This document shows, in pieces, positions 58,015 through 64,000 of a stretch of DNA of 64,000 nt. The stretch comes from Candidatus Bathyarchaeia archaeon (GTDB taxonomy: Archaea > Thermoproteota > Bathyarchaeia > TCS64): the NCBI GenBank assembly GCA_050014495.1, contig JBEKDF010000010.1:1-64000 (forward strand), written 5' to 3'. The position numbers and the translations under genes were made by a program. Under the pieces are notes generated by a model that ran no database searches, was not told the DNA's origin, and was given only the letters and a program-made list of their open reading frames with translations. The first letter of the stretch is position 1, and each line of letters starts with the position of its first letter.

Positions 58015-59043
58015 TCATAATATGGGTGAAGGATCACTCTCAGAGTGAGTGACCCCTCCCTCATACCTTCCGTGGGCACCCTCATTGAGGATCCTCTCCA
58101 TGAGTTCAGTGACCTCATTGGAATTAGACGTTGAATGGATGTCCTCACGGAGGCTCCTTAGGTTCTTACACCCAGAGAAGTACTTCGGAAGTATCCTTCG
58201 CATCCTAACCGCTCCGCCTTTGTCTCCGTAATACTCGCAGAGATACTTCATGTGGAGCAGGCAGGTTTCCTTCCTATCCTCTATGGTTGGTTGATTGTAG
58301 TCCTTACCGTTGAGGGCAGCGGTTATCTCGAGGGCTATCCAAGGGTTCCCAATTAGCCCTCTCCCCGGCATAACTCCTGCGGCTCCTGTCTTCTCTATCA
58401 TTTTCTTGGCGTCCTCGCCATTGAATACGCCACCGTTTCCCAAAACCGGGATTCCAAGCGCTGCTACTACTTGTTTAATTCCATTGTAGTCGACGGGCAA
58501 GCCCCACTTCTTCTCCCCACTCCTACCATGGATCGTTAAAGCAGCGACACCTATTTCCTCCAACCTCTTTGAAAGGTTCACTGCGTTGAGACTACTCCTG
58601 TTCATCCCAAGTCTCATCTTGCAGGTTACGGGGATGTGGACCATGTCTATAATTGCAGAGGCGACCCTACAGGCTCTATCCACATCCCCCATGAGAGAGA
58701 TCCCAGCCCCCTGTCTGGCAACTTTGTTTATGGTGCACCCCATGTTTATATCGACGTAATCAAACCCGAGTTCCTCCACCATTCTCGCGGCTGAGGCCAT
58801 CGAGTCCGGCTCGGCACCAACCAGCTGAACACCTTCACATCTGACCCCAACGACTTTCGCTAACATCCGACGCGTCTTCGCACCACCATGAATTAGGGCG
58901 TTAGCACTGATCATCTCGGTAACGATAAAGGGTGGGTCAAACTTTGCCATAACGCGGCGAAAGGGGTAATCCGTGTAATCGGCGAGGGGTGGTAGCATAA
59001 GCCTCGCCTCCCTAATGCTAGTCTCGAATTCTTTGATATTCAT
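58015..59043 (-). CDS. tRNA-dihydrouridine synthase (DusB-like)
   Basis: TEMI, VQLVG, DINMGC, KMRLG, IHGR, NGG, GRG.IGNPW. Confidence 0.92.
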   Translation of the reverse strand: MNIKEFETSIREARLMLPPLADYTDYPFRRVMAKFDPPFIVTEMISANALIHGGAKTRRMLAKVVGVRCEGVQLVGAEPDSMASAARMVEELGFDYVDINMGCTINKVARQGAGISLMGDVDRACRVASAIIDMVHIPVTCKMRLGMNRSSLNAVNLSKRLEEIGVAALTIHGRSGEKKWGLPVDYNGIKQVVAALGIPVLGNGGVFNGEDAKKMIEKTGAAGVMPGRGLIGNPWIALEITAALNGKDYNQPTIEDRKETCLLHMKYLCEYYGDKGGAVRMRRILPKYFSGCKNLRSLREDIHSTSNSNEVTELMERILNEGAHGRYEGGVTHSESDPSPIL

Positions 59044-59272
59044 TTCATGAGCACGGCGTCTCTCTTAATCGCTGTGAAGCTCAAATATAACCGGGTTGCT
59101 CAACTGCTCCGAAACATTAACGCCATTCCAAACTTTTGCTTCATTCTCGAAAAAGAGATTATTCGCATCAACAAACATTTGATTAAATTGCGAGCGCGCA
59201 ATGAGTAAGGATTCTCCGAAAGTATAGTCGAGTGATTAGGTTCTCGCTAAATTATTTAGAAAAACCTAGTTT

Positions 59273-59446
59273 CTAAGCTGGTCTATGCTTCGAGAAACAA
59301 TCTCTACAATACACTGGCCGACCTGCTGTAGGCTTGAACGGAACTTCGCAAACCTTACCACAATCCGAACATGTTACCTTCGTTGCTTCACGGGAACGTT
59401 CCCTGGGTTCACTGCCAGGCTTTCTTTTATCAAAGTATACTGTCAT
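59273..59446 (-). CDS. CxxC-x17-CxxC domain small protein (57 aa, below the ORF-track cutoff)
   Basis: Hand translation: MTVYFDKRKPGSEPRERSREATKVTCSDCGKVCEVPFKPTAGRPVYCRDCFSKHRPA*. Confidence 0.92.
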   Translation of the reverse strand: MTVYFDKRKPGSEPRERSREATKVTCSDCGKVCEVPFKPTAGRPVYCRDCFSKHRPA

Positions 59447-59699
59447 TTTCACATTTCACCGCATATAGGTTACCCCTGAGGCTCCCTGTAGCAGAGTACG
59501 GAGGCGTGCTAGAGGTTAAACCTATGTAATTTACCAACGCGCGCACTTTGAGCCAACGAGACTCAATATGCTGGTTAGGATGATATGGATGGGCATAACA
59601 AGTTCATTTTTCTTAAAAGAATAACAAAAACATTCCGCAAGTTTCTTTTATAAAAAGAGGTTTTTTTAACTTCGGCTACAGAGAAAGACGTGATCAAGT

Positions 59700-60164
59700 T
59701 TGAACCTCGATAAACCAATCAGGGAGTTCATGAAGCAGAAACCAATCTTCGTAACCACCACCAACACCCTTGGCGAGGTCGCCAAGGCCATGAGCAATGG
59801 GCGAAAGGATGTCGCAGTCGTAAAGGACAAGAAGGGTGAAGTTCAGGGCATAGTCACAAGCCACGACCTCTTCGATGCAATGGTAACTTGGGTTCTTCAG
59901 AAGGATATGCTCGAGCAGATACCACGCGATATCAGGGAGCTTAAGGTCACAAGCATCCTCAAGGGAGCCTATACTAAGGAGTTCATGGAGGCTTGCGGTC
60001 TCACCGGCACTAACGTCTGCATTACCCTCGGTGAGGATGACAAGCTCGCCAATGCAATAAGGGTCATGGCAGTCACCGGCCTCGACCACATACTCATAAA
60101 TGGCGAGGGCGGCGTCGTTGGAACATTAAGTGACGATGACCTAATCAAGGCATTCGAGGATTAG
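59700..60164 (+). CDS. CBS-domain protein
   Basis: GIVTSHDL, GTLSDDDL CBS pair. Confidence 0.85.
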   Translation: MNLDKPIREFMKQKPIFVTTTNTLGEVAKAMSNGRKDVAVVKDKKGEVQGIVTSHDLFDAMVTWVLQKDMLEQIPRDIRELKVTSILKGAYTKEFMEACGLTGTNVCITLGEDDKLANAIRVMAVTGLDHILINGEGGVVGTLSDDDLIKAFED

Positions 60165-60171
60165 AGAACGA

Positions 60172-61488
60172 TTATAGGGCCAATATTCCCGCGCCTTCCC
60201 TATAGTTGACTTCGGTCCCATAGAGGCTGGATAAGTGCGCGAGATCCTCGATTATCTTCTTAGCCTGTTTTCCCCTTGCGAGTCGAGGGACACCCGCAGT
60301 CGTTCTCTGCTCACTCAGTGGCTTCTTCTGATCGTAGTCAAGGATGATAGGGATCAAGCGTATTTCACTCAGTTTTCCCTCCTCATAATCGACTTCAGCG
60401 ATGAAACTCTCCCAGTAAGAGGGGTCGTCAAAGAATACCGCTGGAGGCGCCTCCCGCTTCTCATAGAGCTCAACAGTTGACCGCTCCCCCGTTAGGCCCC
60501 AAAGGTCGAAGAGGTCGCTTGGCTGCCTCCTGATGAGGGTACTCTGGAAGACGAAGTTACCAAGACTGTAGAATATTGGTTTACCCTTGTAGATCTCGAT
60601 CCCCCTCATGACATGGGGGCCGTGACCCAGATAGGCATCGGCACCGACGTCGATTACCTTATGCGCGAAGTCCCTGACCTCATCAGGCGGGAGGTCGAGG
60701 TTTCTATACCCCTTCGCGGCATGGACGCCCATGCAGTGATCGTGGAGACTAAAGAAGCTCCAGTCGCTAAGTGAGCGTGCGTCACTGACAGCGCGGAGGT
60801 TCCCCTCAACATCAACCTTCCTGGGCACATATTCCCTTCTCGTCTCCTCCCCCTTCAGAAACTTCGTCTCCCTATCCGGGAACCTAATGAGCTTGGGCTC
60901 AGCTACAAAGATGTCCGCTGCGTGGTCTAGCGCGCCAACAATTTCCTTGAACTGATCCCAGTGCTGGGGTTTAAGGTGATAGACTGTGTCGAGGTGTAGA
61001 GGGTTAATTCCCGGCCGCCCAGGGAGATTTTTACGCTGATGACTGGCTACGCCCAGATCCCAAGTGCACGCTGAGACGAGGCTAATAACGCCCTTGGGAG
61101 TGTCGAGGAAAGCAGGCTCTCTCGCCTCGGCTAGATTTATCCCCGAACCAGAATGAGCGAGGCCGACCCTGTCAAGGTTACTTATGGTGGTTCTGAGACC
61201 CCCCTCGCTGTAGTCCATCGCGTGATTGTTAGCGCAGCTGCAGATGTCGAAGCCTATCTCCTTCAAATCGTCCGCTACAACTGGGTCCGCCTGTCCATAG
61301 GCATCATACTTACCCTCACCAATGGGATATCCCTCGTAACTGTGTATGGCGATCTCTAGGTTGATGAATGAGACGTCAGCGTTCCTAATCCTTTTGAAGA
61401 GAGGAGCCACATCTGCCTCACCTCCATAGACGCCTATGCGGCGAGCGATAAAGGCGTCGCCGACGCATAGTAACCTAAGGTCCTTCAT
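60172..61488 (-). CDS. CapA-family metallophosphoesterase-fold protein
   Basis: VGD, NLE, ANNHAMDY, GHGPHV, YSLGNF. Confidence 0.9.
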   Translation of the reverse strand: MKDLRLLCVGDAFIARRIGVYGGEADVAPLFKRIRNADVSFINLEIAIHSYEGYPIGEGKYDAYGQADPVVADDLKEIGFDICSCANNHAMDYSEGGLRTTISNLDRVGLAHSGSGINLAEAREPAFLDTPKGVISLVSACTWDLGVASHQRKNLPGRPGINPLHLDTVYHLKPQHWDQFKEIVGALDHAADIFVAEPKLIRFPDRETKFLKGEETRREYVPRKVDVEGNLRAVSDARSLSDWSFFSLHDHCMGVHAAKGYRNLDLPPDEVRDFAHKVIDVGADAYLGHGPHVMRGIEIYKGKPIFYSLGNFVFQSTLIRRQPSDLFDLWGLTGERSTVELYEKREAPPAVFFDDPSYWESFIAEVDYEEGKLSEIRLIPIILDYDQKKPLSEQRTTAGVPRLARGKQAKKIIEDLAHLSSLYGTEVNYREGAGILAL

Positions 61489-61586
61489 GGCACAGCATAA
61501 TCCTCGTTGGAGTTAAAGGATATCTGATTGTCATCTTAAAACCATTAACGCAGAGTGTTCGCTCGTGGAGTGGGTTAACACTTCAC

Positions 61587-61926
61587 TTACCCACGATATC
61601 TCTCGTTTCTTCCTCGTTTGCGCTCGTCCTTCGCGTACTCCTGCTTCCTCTGCCCCTCAATACGTGCTCGCCTGAAGCTACTGCCCTTATCGGCTCCCTG
61701 TATGTGCTGGTTGATGATGTTGTAGAATAATCCATAGTCCATCTTGCCGTCGTGGAGCTTCGTGATGGTATCATTCAGCTCCCCCTTCACGGTTAGTTCC
61801 GCCCCGTCAAATGCTTTGCTGTAAGCCTCATAGGCGGCTGTGAATTTGAAATCGACTTTATCACTGAACGCTATCTTCTCGGGGGCTTGCTCTTCCGCCG
61901 ACACCCTGTCAGTCCTCACCCTCAAA
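61587..61926 (-). CDS. Hypothetical protein with basic C-terminus (start uncertain)
   Basis: 3' part of the 61587..62225 ORF that does not overlap hypD. Confidence 0.6.
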
Positions 61927-62004
61927 CTAGGGGTTTCATGATATAAACCCCTACCCCTCAGAGTATCGGGGAGGTTTATATTCGAAGGCTCTGAGGCTTC
62001 CTTG

Positions 62005-63090
62005 ATGTCGGGCATCTCGGACAGATTCAGGGACGGTGACACCGCGAAAAAGGTCGTCAAACTCATCAAGGAGTTGGCGGGCCAAAGACGCATAAGGATA
62101 GTCCACGTCTGTGGCACACACGAGGATGCTATAACAAAATATGGGCTTAGGAGTATGCTCCCCCGGAACGTGGAGGTCCTCATGGGACCTGGGTGTCCTG
62201 TATGTACCGTACCGCCAAATCGCATCGACTTCGCAATAAGACTCGCTGAATCCGGCGCCGTCCTGACTACCTTTGGGGATATGATTAGGGTCCCGTCGGG
62301 TCTTGGAAGTCTAGCCGACGCGAAGGCGAGAGGAGCCGACGTGAGGATCGTATACAGTATTCATGATGCCGCGAAGATGGCCACTTGTACAACTAAGGAT
62401 GTCGTCCACTTTGGTGTAGGCTTCGAGACGACAGCGCCGACCACCGCCTCCGAGCTGCTCGCTAACCCGCCCGATAATTTTAGCGTCTACAGCGCCCACA
62501 TTCTCATACCACCGGCCATGATACACCTCCTAAAATCTGGGGAGACACCAGTCGATGGTTTCATAGACCCTGGCCACGTCAGCGCCATAATAGGAGAGGT
62601 CGGGTACCACGAGGTCACAGATCACTACAAAGTACCGCAGGTCATCGCTGGTTTTGAGCCCCTCGACATCCTCTTCTCGGTGGCTATGATCTGCAGACAG
62701 TTGAAAGAGGGACGGGGAGAGCTGGAAAACGCTTACAAAAGAATAGTACGTCCTGAGGGAAACCCACACGCGATTAGCCTAATGGAAGAGGTGTTTGAGA
62801 GACGGGATGCACCATGGAGAGGAATTGGAACAATCCCGGACTCAGGCCTCGCCCTAAAGAAAGAGTTCGAGGACCACGATGCCTCAAAGAGGTTCGATTT
62901 CGAATCTGAGGCTAACTACGAGATGCCTCATGGTTGTCGCTGTGGCGAAGTCCTCAGAGCTGTCTGCTACCCATGGGACTGTCCACTCTTCAACAAGAGC
63001 TGTACACCCGAATCCCCTATAGGCCCATGCATGGTTAGCCATGAGGGGAGCTGCTTCATATCCGCGAAATACGGAGTTGAACAACCATGA
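62005..63090 (+). CDS. hypD: Hydrogenase maturation protein HypD
   Basis: VCGTHE, GPGCPVC, GFETT, PGHVS, GFEP, PCMVSHEGSC. Confidence 0.97.
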   Translation: MSGISDRFRDGDTAKKVVKLIKELAGQRRIRIVHVCGTHEDAITKYGLRSMLPRNVEVLMGPGCPVCTVPPNRIDFAIRLAESGAVLTTFGDMIRVPSGLGSLADAKARGADVRIVYSIHDAAKMATCTTKDVVHFGVGFETTAPTTASELLANPPDNFSVYSAHILIPPAMIHLLKSGETPVDGFIDPGHVSAIIGEVGYHEVTDHYKVPQVIAGFEPLDILFSVAMICRQLKEGRGELENAYKRIVRPEGNPHAISLMEEVFERRDAPWRGIGTIPDSGLALKKEFEDHDASKRFDFESEANYEMPHGCRCGEVLRAVCYPWDCPLFNKSCTPESPIGPCMVSHEGSCFISAKYGVEQP

Positions 63091-63356
63091 TCTCCGCCCA
63101 TATAACCGTATTAGGACGTGTCCAAGGTGTCGGATTCAGGGTCAACGCTAAAAGGAGAGCTGATCACCTCGGTCTAAACGGCTGGGTCAAAAACCTCCCC
63201 GATGGCTCCGTGGAGATAATTGCCGAGGGCCCTGAGGTGTATATTGAGGAGTTCATTAAGTGGTGCCGCGTCGGACCCTCGGGTGCCATCGTCGACAAAA
63301 TAGACGTTGAGAGGAAACCCGCGAAGGGTGAACTCAGCGGCTTCCAAAGAAACTAA
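63087..63356 (+). CDS. acyP: Acylphosphatase
   Basis: GRVQGVGFR, GWVKNLPDGSVE. Confidence 0.93.
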   Translation: MISAHITVLGRVQGVGFRVNAKRRADHLGLNGWVKNLPDGSVEIIAEGPEVYIEEFIKWCRVGPSGAIVDKIDVERKPAKGELSGFQRN

Positions 63357-63452
63357 AGTCATTGGGCTCAAAGGAATTCTTCCTTCGCACTCACGAAAAT
63401 GGGACTAATCTAGGAGTTAAGGCTTTAACGTTAGGGAGGGGGCTATCCCCCC

Positions 63453-63818
63453 ATGGAAAGGCCATTCGGAGTCACCCTACTCGCCTCCTTCTTCTTAATC
63501 CAGAGTGTCATCAACGTCGTTATAGTGTTTGGCTACTACACTGTAGGTGGGCCATTATATACAACGGGTTACTATGTGGTCGCCTCGATTGCGGGCTTCG
63601 CCATCGCTTACGGATTGTGGGGCGGTCATAAATGGGGGAAATTGGGTATGATGGCGTGGTCGGGTTGGGAGATACTACTTGGATTTCTTGAATTGTTTAT
63701 CACTCTGGGTATTGAGCCTGCGTCCCCCGTACAAGCGATGACGAAGGTGATCGTTTACGCCATAGTCATCTATTTCCTAAATAGGCCGGAGATAGCGGAT
63801 TATTTTAAGAGTAGTTGA
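63453..63818 (+). CDS. Small four-TM membrane protein
   Basis: RPFGVTLL, YGLW...WG, IYFLNRP. Confidence 0.75.
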   Translation: MERPFGVTLLASFFLIQSVINVVIVFGYYTVGGPLYTTGYYVVASIAGFAIAYGLWGGHKWGKLGMMAWSGWEILLGFLELFITLGIEPASPVQAMTKVIVYAIVIYFLNRPEIADYFKSS

Positions 63819-63820
63819 GG

Positions 63821-64000
63821 TTAAGGGCTAAGCTCCTTATAGACCTCTTTGAGAGCGTCGAGCATCTGGTTTATGCTCAGGTCAGGTATGTAGCCCATGT
63901 TACCTATTCGATAGGTTGTATCCTTGAGGGCTCCGTATCCCTGCGCTAGCTCGAACCCCTTTGCCCTCATAGCCTCATAGACCTTTGGGCCACTGGCGCT
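63821..64000 (-). CDS. Class V PLP aminotransferase, C-terminal end (truncated by window)
   Basis: GFELAQGYGALKDTTYRIGNMG..DALKE. Confidence 0.8.
   Translation of the reverse strand, partial: SASGPKVYEAMRAKGFELAQGYGALKDTTYRIGNMGYIPDLSINQMLDALKEVYKELSP

Noticed and set aside
57834..58148. 104-aa ORF with a vaguely pilin-like signal
   Set aside because: It overlaps the dus 3' end, has no proper class III cleavage site and no downstream domain.

Overview
This is an archaeal chromosomal window, most consistent with Bathyarchaeia or a related TACK lineage (inferred from fibrillarin, archaeal RNase HII, GPN GTPase, TBP, the ESCRT-III/Vps4 cell-division genes, archaeal GlyRS and the HMGCS-thiolase-DUF35 operon). 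About 1-43.5 kb and 52.5-64 kb hold dense housekeeping and metabolic genes, including a sugar-acid/hydroxy-acid catabolic neighbourhood (19.8-30 kb) and a nucleoside-salvage block (32-38 kb). The main feature is 43.5-52.5 kb, downstream of a minus-strand tRNA-Arg(CCT) at 52432-52509. Three further degenerate copies of the tRNA 3' end lie at 50344, 47765 and 45278, spaced about 2.1-2.6 kb apart. They divide the region into small units with no visible integrase. These units carry a TBP, a CoA-transferase, an acetylene-hydratase-like Mo/W enzyme, AT-rich orphan genes, iteron-like repeat clusters and (CG)4 tracts, which suggests a tRNA-anchored, integron-like or satellite cassette array. Also notable: a thiolase that has lost all three canonical catalytic residues, a CBS-HPF fusion (likely ribosome hibernation factor), an unlisted 57-aa CxxC-x17-CxxC gene, and two frameshifted genes. 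All calls were made by eye from motifs; no database searches were run.
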